DNA of 62,983 nucleotides, filler included, from Rhabdomonas costata (lineage: Eukaryota): assembly GCA_019059605.1 (NCBI GenBank). It is 29 parts of 29 records of this genome, joined end to end, with 100 filler letters (N's around TTAATTAATTAA, not from the genome) between each part and the next. Parts side by side here need not be neighbours in the genome. Positions count along the whole stretch, not along the records: positions 10,880 to 12,956 come from JAHMHO010005836.1; positions 13,057 to 15,133 come from JAHMHO010005837.1; positions 15,234 to 17,313 come from JAHMHO010005838.1; positions 17,414 to 19,490 come from JAHMHO010005839.1; positions 19,591 to 21,666 come from JAHMHO010005840.1; positions 21,767 to 23,842 come from JAHMHO010005841.1; 23 more parts are not named here. The stretch is one strand, 5' to 3'. The notes under the pieces were generated by a model. The model made no database searches. It saw only the letters and a program-made list of their open reading frames with translations, and was not told the origin of the DNA. Below are positions 10,780-22,552 of this stretch, piece by piece. Made by a program: the position numbers and the translations under genes. How positions within the stretch are numbered: the stretch's first letter is position 1; every line of letters starts with the position of its first letter.

Positions 10780-12768
10780 NNNNNNNNNNNNNNNNNNNNN
10801 NNNNNNNNNNNNNNNNNNNNNNNTTAATTAATTAANNNNNNNNNNNNNNNNNNNNNNNNNNNNNNNNNNNNNNNNNNNNGTGTGGGGTGTAACATCAAAA
10901 ATCACACCATTTATTCCAAAATATGCAATATTACTCTACAATGCCTCTTGTTAATTTGTGCCATTCCTGTCATATTACAAGTACATCCAGCCATCACACT
11001 ACTATTACTCCATTAAAATTGTGTATTTTTGTGTGCTGGTACAGAGTGATTATGCTAAGTTAAAAAAGCGTAAAAAAAAAATGCTCAAAATTGCGTGTTC
11101 TGACCTTGTTTTGGCCTCACGTCGATACTGTTGATGTGGAGTTATAAAGGAAGCATAATGAGGGAGAACAAAGATGATAAATGCAAAAATCGGCGAAAAA
11201 CACCGGTGGAAGAAAAAGCGTGAGTTTGATAGGCGCGCAGTAGTTCTGAGCTATGACGTGTTTAGGTAATGATGGGTTTCGTGGCCCAAGAACCATCGTC
11301 GATTCGGTCCTCCTCTGTTTTTAGGCTCGTCATTGCGTTTCTAGCTAGATGTCTCAATCCACTAGGCCTCTCGCTACGCTCATTGCTCCGCTCTATCATC
11401 CTTGCTCAGATTCCGACAAGCTGATGTTCTCTCTTTGTAAAAGCCCCATTTCAACGCACCAATCAACCATAACAGGAACCATGCTGCAGGGTGTCGTGGG
11501 TATGCCCGTGGTGATGATTAATTCAATTTGTTTTTTTGCCCCCGCCAAGTGCCTCCCTGTTCTGCCCTTTCCCGCATTTCCGGCCTGTTTCCTTTGTTTA
11601 CCCGCACGCCTCTCCTGGAAGCCTCTCTCTCTCTCTCTCTCCCCCTCTCTCGGGCCTTTTGTGCTTCTTTTGCATCTGCTTCAGCGTATTGTGACTTTGT
11701 GTCAACAGTTTTGTGTTTCCGTTGCAAAACTTATTCCGTGACTTGTTTTCCGACGGGTCAAGACCCGGGCGGGTGAACGGCAAACCATTCCGGAGGATTC
11801 GGGAAAGTGGTGGTCCCAAAGAAAGATAACCAGTCAAAATAATCGGTTTCCGATGAAGCGAACCCCCCACCACACCACCACCACCCACCACCACACACAC
11901 ACACACCATCAGAACGCTCAAAAGAATAAAACAAGATCCAGTTTTCTTGGGGCTTCGGCCTTATCTCGCGCATTTTTGGCCCGGTAGGGAAAGACAAATT
12001 AAAGAAAACCAAAACGCATCCACCAACAGGGCACACAAAACCAAAAAGAAAGACAAGTGTCAGAAGGGGCAGTTTTCGCGTTGAAACACCCGCTCCCACC
12101 ATACCCTGGTGGGCCGGAATCCTTTGCCCAGGGGAGCTTGGCATTCCGCATCTTGTGCACGACTTGCTTTTTGCCCACCGAGGGCTCCCTGGAGGCCGGC
12201 GGGATTGAAGAGAGGCTTCACCCCACTGGCGACGCTGTGGTGGATTTTATCCCGATTCCTTTTTGAGGATTGGACCGAGCAGCTGTCCGAATCCCTCGGT
12301 CTTGGTGGCCATGCAGGTAGCCGGTTACCAAGCTCTCAGATCAAACCATGACAGGGCAACAATGACGTTTGTCTCAGAGATGGTTTTCGTTTCCTGGACC
12401 TAATGGTGGTCCTACGGCCCTTGCCCGGAAAACGGCCATGGCACCTACGCATACGTGCTCTGTGTGGAAAAGGGTGTCGGGGAAGAGCGTGCGTGCTCCC
12501 CCTTTTCCCGATATCTGAAAATAAAGAAGAAAAGAGGAAAGGGGGAAGCACCTCTGAGTTTGATTCCAGCAATTGGGGTGCGTTAGTCTGACAAATGTGC
12601 AGGTACACACGCATGTCACAAATGAAAAGGTTAAATATAACCTCTTTGTACCTGTTGATTATATGGTAAGAACCATCATCCCGAAAACAACCACAGAGAA
12701 AAAACGAGCCAAAGCGGCGTAAACGCACAGTACCAACATACAACACCAAGAACATTGCACAATGCGAG

Positions 12769-12928
12769 TTATGGGCCCATCGCCGCAGCTAGATCAGCCC
12801 CCCGGACAATCGGGGAGAGCTTTACCGTAGCAGCCGCGGTGAAAACGTGGAGGTGAAACTCGGTCTCCTGGCCCCGAGACCATGTCATGGGAATTATAAC
12901 GTAGCTCCCAGCGGGCAGGTCGCATTCC
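12769..12928 (-). CDS. Calpain domain III-containing protein, terminal exon
   Basis: Acceptor TTCTCCAG, then ECDLPAGSYVIIPMTWSRGQETEFHLHVFT...* , matching the calpain-III L..G.Y.IIP.T...G.E..F.L.VF motif. Confidence 0.8.
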
Positions 12929-13520
12929 CTGGAGAAGACACGACGACCCAAACAACNNNNNNNNNNNNNNNNNNNNNNNNNNNNNNNNNNNNNNNNNNNN
13001 TTAATTAATTAANNNNNNNNNNNNNNNNNNNNNNNNNNNNNNNNNNNNNNNNNNNNTTGTTTTGGTACAACCCCTAAAGCATAAGGCGTGCCAAATTTGG
13101 CATTCCTTTTTTGCAATTGGGCACTTGGTTAAATAACATGTCCTCAGCTGTATGAGCGGTTAAGGGACTCTGGCTCTCAGATTCTAAAGTTCCAGCAATT
13201 GCAATCCTGTACTCAACTCTTGCACTCTTGCAGGGCAGTTTGATTGCAGCAAGATCCCCGACATCTATGGTGTGCACCACGGCGCTCGATGTGGTGATGT
13301 GTGGGTTGAGCGAGGATGGTGCGTGATTTCCTTAATATTATGCCCATGACAAAGCACGACAAAGTGCAATAAGGACACCGTATGCTTGTCACTGTGATTT
13401 CAGGCGAGACCTCTCCGCTGTGTGCCGATACGGCAACCATTCATCTGGGACATTTACTTCTGTTCAGTGGGTGGTCAGGACGTGCTTCTCTTTAGACACA
13501 CATGTACATGCTCTTTTCAG

Positions 13521-14496
13521 ACGCGGTCAAGTACGACGTCATTCACAATTCCCACCTAGACATGGGCCTGGAGGAGCTGTACAGCGTAGCCCGGCAGCTC
13601 GGCCAGTTCGTGATTCCCAATGAGTACGGCACAGATCCAATCTCTAGACGGGTGCGAGTGGGATGGGAAAAGAAGAGCGCTGTAGGGTGGAGCGGACGTG
13701 GGAATGCGGCAAGAACAAGATGGAAAGCAAACCTTTAAGTGTTTACCCTTCGCATTTTTGCTGCGCAGTTGAGAGGAGGGCAATACAATGAGCAATTGCC
13801 ATTTGTTCGTAATTTTAACAACGAGCTTATCGGTATTGATCTCCTCCTGTTTCCTGCCCAATAATGTACTCCTTGATTTTTCCCATGACACGACCCCATC
13901 TATAGGCGATTTTTTTTCCTTTTCATTTGGAGCTCTTGCCTCAATATCTCCCTGCGATGGGGAGATGGGGATGGAGAGTGCAGGCTTTTTTGAGTGTAGG
14001 CTGTCGATTTCGTGTGTGCGCCACGGTGCAGAGGATCGGGTCGAGGATATGCTCGCAGCTGATTCGCAAGCTTCTGGGCGACCTGGAGGCTACCCGCGAA
14101 GAAAGCCTGCGCCCCGCCTCACGCTGCGGAGGAGACCAGGTGGGGGGCCTTATGGGGTGGATGATAGATCAGAGTAGGCAGGGCCTTTCAGCACATCGCA
14201 AAAATCGGAGCACAAGCTGCGAACCCTGGCTTTCCCCTTCCGATCCAGTTTTCAAGCAGCGGTGCTTGCTTCTTGATGTAAGCAGTGAACGTATTTCTGG
14301 TGTTGGCACGATCGTGACTGTACGAATGGATGAATGCACCGCAAATACCGTCATCAATGAGAGTAAGGGTGAATGATTTCGCGTCTTGGGTCCCCAGGGC
14401 CTGGACTCCAGCCGACTCGCAGAGCTCCAGCAGCTCGAGGATGACAGCCTGTTCTGCCCCAACCTGGCCAACAACGACGTTTACTCCGACACAGAC
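13521..14496 (+). CDS. VIP1: Inositol pyrophosphate kinase/phosphatase PPIP5K (Vip1), phosphatase-domain exons
   Basis: Exons 13521-13651, 14032-14139 and 14398-14496: DAVKYDVIHNSHL...ELYSVARQLGQFVIPNEYGTDPISRRRIGSRICSQLIRKLLGDL, matching the PPIP5K KYD..HN, VIP.EYG and L..K...DL motifs. Confidence 0.88.
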
Positions 14497-14903
14497 GTAC
14501 CTTTTTGCTCCCTTCCGTTAAGCAGCAGTTGCTTTCTTGGCTGCTTCTTTGTAAAATCAGAATGCGCACCTCGCCGCCTTCAATGCACGTTGACAGATTG
14601 TATCCTTCATAACACCCCCGTTAGATCGCTGCGTTTTGAACAAAGTGGTATGCGCTTGTGCCCAGAACCAGTGTTGCCCGTCTGCACTGGGACATGTATT
14701 TGGAAAGTATACACGTTGGATTCATTCTTTTCTACTCGGACAGAATAAAGGGTTTCTTACCGTTTCAACTGAAGGTCTAGGAGCAACGTTTACTGCATCG
14801 CAGCAGGGCAGCTGAGGGGTCTGGCTTTCGTCAGTCGCATTTTGTTCACATGTAAAGGACGGGAGAGGGCACGAGCGCAGGAGAAAACAGGAGGAAAAAT
14901 CGT

Positions 14904-15130
14904 TGCTGGCACACCGACGTGCAGGTGGGCGGACGGTGTGCCAGCCTACAGTTCTTTCTCTTTTCAACATGCAGGCCTGCAAAGTGCCAAAAACGGCCCT
15001 GCGAGCCTGTGTATAAAGGCATAAAGGCAGGAAGGGCTCAAAAACACCCCAAATGGCCCTGAAATGGCCTCTAGCGTGGCTCTACACCGAAACATTCCGG
15101 CCCTCTCCGGTGCCAACATGATGTACCCCC
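14904..15130. mobile_element. Interspersed repeat family B, copy 2 (cut by contig end)
   Basis: Homologous to 5716-5950. Perfect 12-bp stem GCTGGCACACCG (14905-14916) / CGGTGTGCCAGC (14934-14945). Confidence 0.75.
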
Positions 15131-15244
15131 CACNNNNNNNNNNNNNNNNNNNNNNNNNNNNNNNNNNNNNNNNNNNNTTAATTAATTAANNNNNNNNNNN
15201 NNNNNNNNNNNNNNNNNNNNNNNNNNNNNNNNNTTTTTGGTTTC

Positions 15245-16171
15245 ATGCAAGGCATGGAGTCCTGGCTTGCTCACAAAGTTGCCAAGAAGAACCCCGTCAC
15301 CATTGAAGGCGCTTACGAGATTGGATGGGAAATTTTCAGGGAGCCAAGACCAGCCCCCAGAGTCACGTACGTGGGTCAGCCTACCGCAGCCCCCCTTCAG
15401 TCTGCGTTTACAACAGTGAAACCACCAACCCTAATGCCTGCAGTCCCAGCTACTGGGCCAACTCCAATGGAGTTGGATGCCGTGAAGTTTTCCCCCTCTA
15501 CCAGCGGCCATGGTCTGTTTTCTATGCAGTCACACACCACCCATGGACTTGGAGCCTGTTTGGCTCTCTCAACTGCTGCTTTTCCAACCAACGGAGCAAC
15601 CCCAATGCCTAACGTCGCAGTTGCCAGCAGTTCCCGACATTGGGACGAGCGCCCTTCAGAGCGCCGCCCCGTGAGTCCCAAGTCGCCGTATAGGGAACGT
15701 GACAGAAGAGAGTCCCCCTACCGCGGAAAAGATCGAGATGAGCGGAGCCCGCGCCGAGACGCGCGCGACTCCCCCCGAAACGTTTACGAACGAGGCCGCG
15801 ATCGGGACCGCTATCAGGACAGAGACAGAAGGGACTCACCTCGAGACCGAGGGGACCGACGTCCGCCCGCCAGAGACGAAGTTTACGAGCGGAGCAGCCA
15901 GAGGCCACCGTCCCCCGCCCGCCGAGACAACAAACCCGTCTCACCAAGATCCGCAGGACGACCTCCAAGCCCCAGTGGGCTACCCCCGCAGGATCGTACC
16001 TGTCACTACTGTGGCCAAGTTGGGCACTTCATCAGAGAATGTCCCCAGCGGAAGACCGAGTCACCCAGAAAGGAGGTGGAGGAGCACAGGGGGTCGGGTA
16101 GCGGGTCGGTTGGAGGTGGAGATGGAGGGCGTAGGGTTGGTTTTGAGAGGTCAAACTGGTGCGGGAGATGA
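15245..16171 (+). CDS. gag: LTR-retrotransposon Gag (Ty3/Gypsy-like), C-terminal part with zinc knuckle
   Basis: Intronless 308-aa ORF with the PTPMELDAV motif, an RD/RS-rich region and a CHYCGQVGHFIREC (CX2CX4HX4C) knuckle. The 5' end is probably cut by the contig edge. Confidence 0.85.
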   Translation: MQGMESWLAHKVAKKNPVTIEGAYEIGWEIFREPRPAPRVTYVGQPTAAPLQSAFTTVKPPTLMPAVPATGPTPMELDAVKFSPSTSGHGLFSMQSHTTHGLGACLALSTAAFPTNGATPMPNVAVASSSRHWDERPSERRPVSPKSPYRERDRRESPYRGKDRDERSPRRDARDSPRNVYERGRDRDRYQDRDRRDSPRDRGDRRPPARDEVYERSSQRPPSPARRDNKPVSPRSAGRPPSPSGLPPQDRTCHYCGQVGHFIRECPQRKTESPRKEVEEHRGSGSGSVGGGDGGRRVGFERSNWCGR

Positions 16172-17313
16172 GATGGGCGCCTGTCTCCCGAGGTGAGGGT
16201 GAGCCCCACGCTGTCCAGGACGGAGCGTGTTGTTGTGTAGAGCTGGGGAGAGAGTTACAAGTATTGTACGGTAATTGTATCAGTAAGGACGGACTACCGG
16301 GTGTAGACGAGGCGCTGGGCTTAATTCGGACGGAGTCATCTTCCTGCGACGAGGCGCCCGCGACGAACTTCCAACGGCTTTGCGTGTGTTGCGCACTGCC
16401 AAGGACGGATTCTGACGAGGCGTCAGGAGTAAGCCTATCGGAGTCTCAACCGGAGCCAGGAAAGGTTCGAAGTCTACTTCCCCTGCTTTTGAAAACTTTG
16501 ACTGATGTCATCAAAACGACAGCAGGACCGAGCGCGACAGCTTCACCGTGCGATGCGGGTTGCGTCTGCGCCGGTTGTGATGCGACGTCATCGGTGTGTG
16601 TTGCACCCCTTACGTCTGAAGCGTCAACTCAAAAAGATTTCGACCAAACGACAGTCATCGTGCGTTGCGAGACTGCCACCCCTGAGGGAACTTCAACTGA
16701 CGTGCGTTACGCCGTTGTGGAACCCCCGTCCAACCGCGACACAGAGTCACTGTCACGTGAGATGCGGTCAGTGCCCCTGTTAAGCAATCCAAACTTGCTG
16801 TCACGTGCGTTGCGGTCAGCAGGTGAGGACAGTAACCCGCCGACGACAGACCCCCCGACCGACGTGCGATGCGCAGTCGTGGGATCAAAGCCTGGAAGCC
16901 ATCCGGAGCCACCGTCACGTGCGATGCGGTCGGTGCCTCTGCTGGGCGATGCTACGCCGCTGCCACGTGTGTTGCGGACAGCGAAGCAGCACAGAAAGCC
17001 GGCGCTGACGGATCGTGTGTTGCGACCGCCAGTGAAGGGTAGTAGTACCAGTATGGTAAGTAGGAGTGAGAACGGGGAGGTGCACGAGTCACACAGACAG
17101 AAGACAAGCGTGAGGGAGAAAGGTTTTGAGCAGGTAACGCTGGGAGATCGACCAGGAATGCTAACACTACCGGATTATTCTTCTTTTTCCCAACCCCACT
17201 TTTCTTTTGCAACCACTACCGGTTTTGTTCCCAAAGAACTAACGCTGACGGCTTTGTTTCCTGAGCGGGTGGTCCCCGACGTTGACGTTTCCATTGAAGA
17301 AGGATCAGACCCC
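16147..17313 (+). CDS. Second retroelement ORF in the -1 frame overlapping the gag end (putative pol N-terminal extension; no protease or RT motif before contig end)
   Basis: Open from 16147 (after TGA 16144-16146) to the contig end, about 385 codons, overlapping gag by 25 nt. Contains a 54-aa duplication (TDVRYAVV...SREMRSVPLL / TDVRCAVV...SRAMRSVPLL). Confidence 0.6.
16383..17024 (+). repeat. Array of the 11-nt motif CGTG(C/T)G(A/T)TGCG with variable spacers; 162-nt higher-order duplication
   Basis: Motif starts at 16383, 16547, 16659, 16701, 16756, 16804, 16863, 16918, 16966 and 17014 (16701 and 16756 have one mismatch each), with more degenerate copies at 16574 and 16595. Confidence 0.85.
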
Positions 17314-19322
17314 NNNNNNNNNNNNNNNNNNNNNNNNNNNNNNNNNNNNNNNNNNNNTTAATTAATTAANNNNNNNNNNNNNNNNNNNNNNNNNNNNNNN
17401 NNNNNNNNNNNNNTGTTGGGGGGCGCCTCCTTTCTGTCTGTGAATTCTGGCCATATGTGTCTCATCAGGAAAAAGAGCAGATAGAAACCTTGTGTCGGTT
17501 TGTTGAATGGTTGACGGATATCAACTTGAAACGAATGAGGCATTCCTGATGTTTCTTTGGGAGGTCATATGGTCACGACATTGAAAGGGAGCGTACACTT
17601 GACTTCGGTTTTCTTGTGAGGTCTGCTGCAGAACGCGCATTCACAGCCAGAGAGCACTCTCAAGTGGTAAGGTGGAGCAATAATTTGACCTCGGGTGTTC
17701 TCCACAGCCTATTCAAATTGGCCAACTTCACTGTGAAGCTATTCTGGGTATCTGGGTTGCTCATTTGAATTCCGTTGGAACTCGTTACAGCACTCTTTTT
17801 TGAGATTGGGTGGGTGAGTTGATGTACCGCTTGCTAATCCTTTCGCCGACTCTGTCTCCCTTGCAGAGCACCGCTGGCAGAAGTATCAGCTCTGCCACCA
17901 AATTCCACCCCAGCGTGGCTGCCTCTCGATCGGGCACACTGTAGCTCAGTCTTTGGGTCGTGGTTGATGTTGTGCCGTAAGGCTGTGGTTGCCCACTGTC
18001 ATTGTGGGCGACTTTGCATGATTAAAGCTGCGCAAACCCTGCCTTTTGTGTTGTCTGTTGTGTGGACGTTGCACTGACTGTTACTCCGCTGCCGTGTGTT
18101 CATGTTCATGCGTGTCATCACCCAAGCTCCGACTTCAGTCTTTCCCGAGCTTTAACGCTTCCACAAATATAGCTCAGAATTTCAGGTTTGCAAACGTTTT
18201 TTGTTTCTTTTTCGAAAGCTGCGCAAGAACCATGCTTTATCTACCTGGAAATGTCCTTGGAGCACCGTTTTTAAGGAAGACCCCATGGATCACGGCGAGC
18301 ACGCAGACATTCTCACTCTCCTCTTTATTTTTGCAAGTGCTTAGCAATTGCCGTTGTTCTGTGGGTTTTTTCCTGGGCTTTGTGAGCCCCTGCTGGTCGG
18401 ATGTCGGAAGGTTCTACGATCTGCCCGGTTTGCCGTGAGGACCGCACCGAGCCTCAGTGTGACCCGTGCTTGTGCTCATTCCACCGTGTGGAAGCCGCGG
18501 CGAACTCTGACCCTGGTGGACAGAAACGTAATCACGCAAAGCCTTCTTCTGCCTTACCGCGTGTGAGAACTGAAGTCTTTGTGTGGAGTCACCACTTACT
18601 TCACTTGGCACCCTGCAAGGTTGGCAAGCGAGGGGCCATTGCAGCTCTTGATTCCAGGTTCATTCGAAGGTCTATGTTGGATAACCATGCAATCTTCCTC
18701 GCTTGCATTGCAGCCATCCAAAGGGAGAATTTCGCATTGTATATCAAAATTTTCGGATTTCGGACTTCAAAGACTTTAATGATGACACAAGAGCAGCTGA
18801 CATCAGCTCTTTTTAGTTCCCTAATTGCTGTAGCTTTTGTCTGTGTTATTGGGTGCGGAAATAGAGACGTTTAATTCGTTTTCAAGGAGCTCGCAGTGAT
18901 TAAGGGCCGGGGTTCAACGACCCAAAGCGAGCTTTCAAAAAGAAAAGAAAGAAAAAGTAAGCCTCCGATAAAAAGGGACCTATACCTTTTTTGGTTTTGT
19001 GCTTTTTCTGAATTATTTCTTATTTCTTTCTTTGTTTGTCTGTGTTGCCATCGGGACCCGGTCTTTTTCCCAAGCAGTGCAGCTTATCTATCATACGCTA
19101 CATTTCACGTATGCACGCGCCAACGCTTGTATCTCGGATCGCATGCAATACTGCCGAAATTTGTTCCTTAGCACCATGCGATGGTTCGATTCCACAAGGG
19201 TGACTTCCCCGCAAGGCCTTCTTCCCCGCTAGTTAGGGATTTCGTGTACACCAAATGGCAACCATACCTCGGGACCCCCTCGGGGCGCTGGGCGCCCCTG
19301 CTGCGAAGGCCTCCGTGTCCAG

Positions 19323-19431
19323 GCCCCACGCTCCATCGCTCAAGCTTCAAGCTAAGGTTCTGCACACCCTGGGCAGTTGGGAGCGCAAGCTGGACGCCCT
19401 CCGGGACAAGGCCGCGGCGGTTGCGGAGGAG
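19323..19431 (+). CDS. Isolated exon of unknown protein
   Basis: CCAG acceptor and GTAG donor flank GC-rich codons: PHAPSLKLQAKVLHTLGSWERKLDALRDKAAAVAEE. Confidence 0.45.
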
Positions 19432-19945
19432 GTAGTTTCCGCTGCCGCCCCACGGCCCACCCCCCCGTCCTCCAGATCGACCCCCCACAANNNNNNNNNN
19501 NNNNNNNNNNNNNNNNNNNNNNNNNNNNNNNNNNTTAATTAATTAANNNNNNNNNNNNNNNNNNNNNNNNNNNNNNNNNNNNNNNNNNNNTGTGGGTGTG
19601 TTTGGGGGTGTGGGGGGTGCTGGCGCATTCAAGTTTAGAGCTGAATTGTTAGGGAAGGGGAGCAGTGCACATACGAAATAAAAAAGTCAAGGAAAAGGAA
19701 AATATCCAAAGAGACGAAACAACCAATCAAGCAAACAACCCTTTTGTCGAAAGCAGATGAAGTCACACGTACACTCAGTGCTTGCAGACGCTTGCGGCCC
19801 GCCCGTCGCCCGTATCCCGGTACGATTGGTGAATTTTTTTTGTATAGGCGGACAACATATGTTGAACTCTGAATCGGGGGGGGGGAGATCTGTTATTTTG
19901 ACAATAGTCTGTCCTTTGGGTTTGACTGAAATCTGAGACCTCGAG

Positions 19946-20096
19946 ATGGCCTGGTTGCATTTCGAGTATACGCGGTACAACTCCTTGTTTCGTAAGCGGA
20001 CATTCCAGGAGCCGGGCGGCGTGGTAGATGTCCCGCTGTCCCGCATCCACGGCTACCCAGCCGCTTACCAGTTTCGCACTCCGATGGTTCAGGCAG
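19946..20096 (+). CDS. Probable first exon of unknown protein
   Basis: ATG-initiated, GC3-rich MAWLHFEYTRYNSLFRKRTFQEPGGVVDVPLSRIHGYPAAYQFRTPMVQ followed by a donor-like site. Family not recognised. Confidence 0.5.
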
Positions 20097-22187
20097 GTCG
20101 TCATCAGCACAGTTGTCCGGTTTTAGGGGTCTTTTTGGTAGAGGAAGGCCCAAGCAAATTCGTGGCGCGTGGAAGGAATCCCCTCAGGTTTAAGGCATCC
20201 TTTTTGTTTGCTGCGTAGGGTTACGTCTACTATGAATGTGGGGAGTGCCTCACGAGGTGGAAGAGCTTGACCGCAAGGCGAAGCCTGGAGGCAAAGCTGA
20301 CGGGACAGACTCACCGATAAACAAACAGAAAGAAGGAGCCTGAGTTCAGGGACAGATAGTACCAGTGACATTTCTGTTCTTTCGAGGTTTATCCCTCGAT
20401 TTTTTGATAGGGCTGAGCAGACCCATAGCATTTTCTTTTTGTGGCACTGCACCGTTATGTCAGATGCCTTGCCTATTCCCACCTGTCCTGTCCAATCTCG
20501 TCCGTTCCGTCACGATTGGACAGTGGGCCACAGGCGTTGTAGCGGTGGGAGCGATGCCTTTCTGTGAATCTCTTTTTTCTGCGGAGAAATGTTTAGTTCT
20601 TGCGCGCTGGCTTTTCTGTCTCACTGTATGGTACTCTCTCCCCGTGCATGGAAGCCAAACATCCTTCTGCTCCTTCATCTGTCACCCCTGTCTTGTCTGT
20701 GTTGGAATTAACTTTCACCCTTTTCGGCCTTAGGTCTGTAGTGCGGAAGTTCCTGCATTTCTGCGTGCTTGCTCCCTCGTGTTTCTGCTATTTTTTGTCC
20801 CTTCACCGCTCTCCACCGTGCGTAATCACTCGCCCACCCCCTACTCCCGTGCATATATCACTCGTTTTTCTTGGTTTCCGCCATCTGGGGCGTGCATGAT
20901 TCCTTGATTGTGACTCTGGCATCTGGCATTGTGTCTCCCCACGGCTCTCCAGGGCAGTGCGCAATGTTTTCCTCAATCACTTGGATCACTTGTCTCTGCA
21001 CCCCCTCCCTCTCCCGCCCGTTTTTATATCGCTCCCGGGCGTACTGTCCGTTGCAGAGGATTTTCAGGAATCCCACACCGAGAATTCTCAGGTCGGTTGA
21101 GTGATCGACAATTCTGCTTTTGACGCATAATCGTTTCCAACTGCTTGCAGAGGATATATGTTGCTTTTTTTGTACGGCGCGGAGATTGCTTTTCGTTCTC
21201 ATCAATCCGAGTGACGTGCCCTTTAGCTTGTGCACGAGAAAGCTTTTCGGATGAGTCATTGGTCATGGGTGGGGGGCAACTCCAACTCACTTGTCAATAC
21301 CTTTTCACTGAATGGTCAAGATCTGTTACCTTGAACGATGTCGATGGTGAGGTTTTTTCATTCCTTCCAAAGAGCACGAAACTGCATTCAACGTGCATTC
21401 AACACACAGGAAACATCAGAAATATCCAGACGATGTCGCACATCAAAGCAGATCCACCACCACAACTTCAACTAATGGATGGGCGGTTAGCATTGCCTGT
21501 ACAAAGAAACGGAAAGGTTGTTTGCAAACGTGGGACTCTTCGAGAGAGTGCGCAGGCGTCGAAAAGTATCTCAAAGTCACACATCCGCCCAGAAGCATAT
21601 GCGCAGTAGAATTCCATTAGTTAGTGCAACGCAACACTTCCCCCCCAAACCAAACACACCCACCACNNNNNNNNNNNNNNNNNNNNNNNNNNNNNNNNNN
21701 NNNNNNNNNNTTAATTAATTAANNNNNNNNNNNNNNNNNNNNNNNNNNNNNNNNNNNNNNNNNNNNCGATAAAAATGCAGGCCTGCTGGTGCTTAATATG
21801 TGGAAAACGAGTTCCCGAGCTCGAGTTCGCTGTGCTGAATAATCCCTGGTGAGGTGCTTACTCAGAATTTTACACCAAAGGCACGAGACCTCGACCCACT
21901 GGATCCAAGCCATGTCAGTCATGAAATAACCACGTCCACAGTTCCGTACACGGGGTCACAGCGGCTGATTGGGGCCCAAACTCCCGAAAGCATTATCTTG
22001 GCTCATATAGATGCAGCCAAACACTCGTCCAACAGCTACACAGCTGAAAACCCGGTTCCTTTGTTGAGGAACCAAGTGCGCACCAGACCACCAAGCGCAA
22101 CGTCAAAATAAACGCCGATCACCGCCCACAGATGATTCTGGAAGGTTGGGGGGAAGGGCGGCGCCACACCCCTCCCCCCACCATGGG

Positions 22188-22552
22188 CTAGTGCTGGAAG
22201 TCCAGAGCCAGACTGCGCAGCTCACACACCTCCACCCATGACCGCACCGCGGGATCCATCACCTCCAGCGCGACAACGAACAGGGTGAGCAGGAAGCTGC
22301 TGTGGCATACCACAGCGACCTCCTTCTTCCCCTGAAGCGAGCCCAGGAACTCTACAAACTTCACCCCGCGCAGGGCCATCTCCGCCCTAGACTCGCGGGT
22401 TGGGGTCCACAGGGTGTCCTCTGGAGGGAGCAGGTCAAAGTCAACTGCAGGGTAATCTTGGCGCAGCTCGGCAACGGTCCGCCTCATGTCGCACAGGTTT
22501 TGACCTATTTGCTCACGGCACAGCTCGTGGGCAATGAACTTTCGAGGGGAAT
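22188..22552 (-). CDS. Histidine phosphatase / phosphoglycerate-mutase-like protein, terminal exon
   Basis: Acceptor CAACAG, then FIAHELCREQIGQNLCDMRR...YPAVDFD...EDTLWTPTRES...RGVKF...EVAVVCHSSFL...CELRS*, typical PGM-like motifs. A possible upstream mini-exon lies at 23333-23301. Confidence 0.88.

Noticed and set aside
16383-17024. CRISPR array
   Set aside because: The repeat is only 11 nt and degenerate, spacers show a 162-nt duplication, it lies in an open ORF of a eukaryotic retroelement, and no cas genes are present.
19591-19620. Telomere-like G/T repeats at contig starts
   Set aside because: They are non-periodic, occur on most contigs and match amplification-primer composition.
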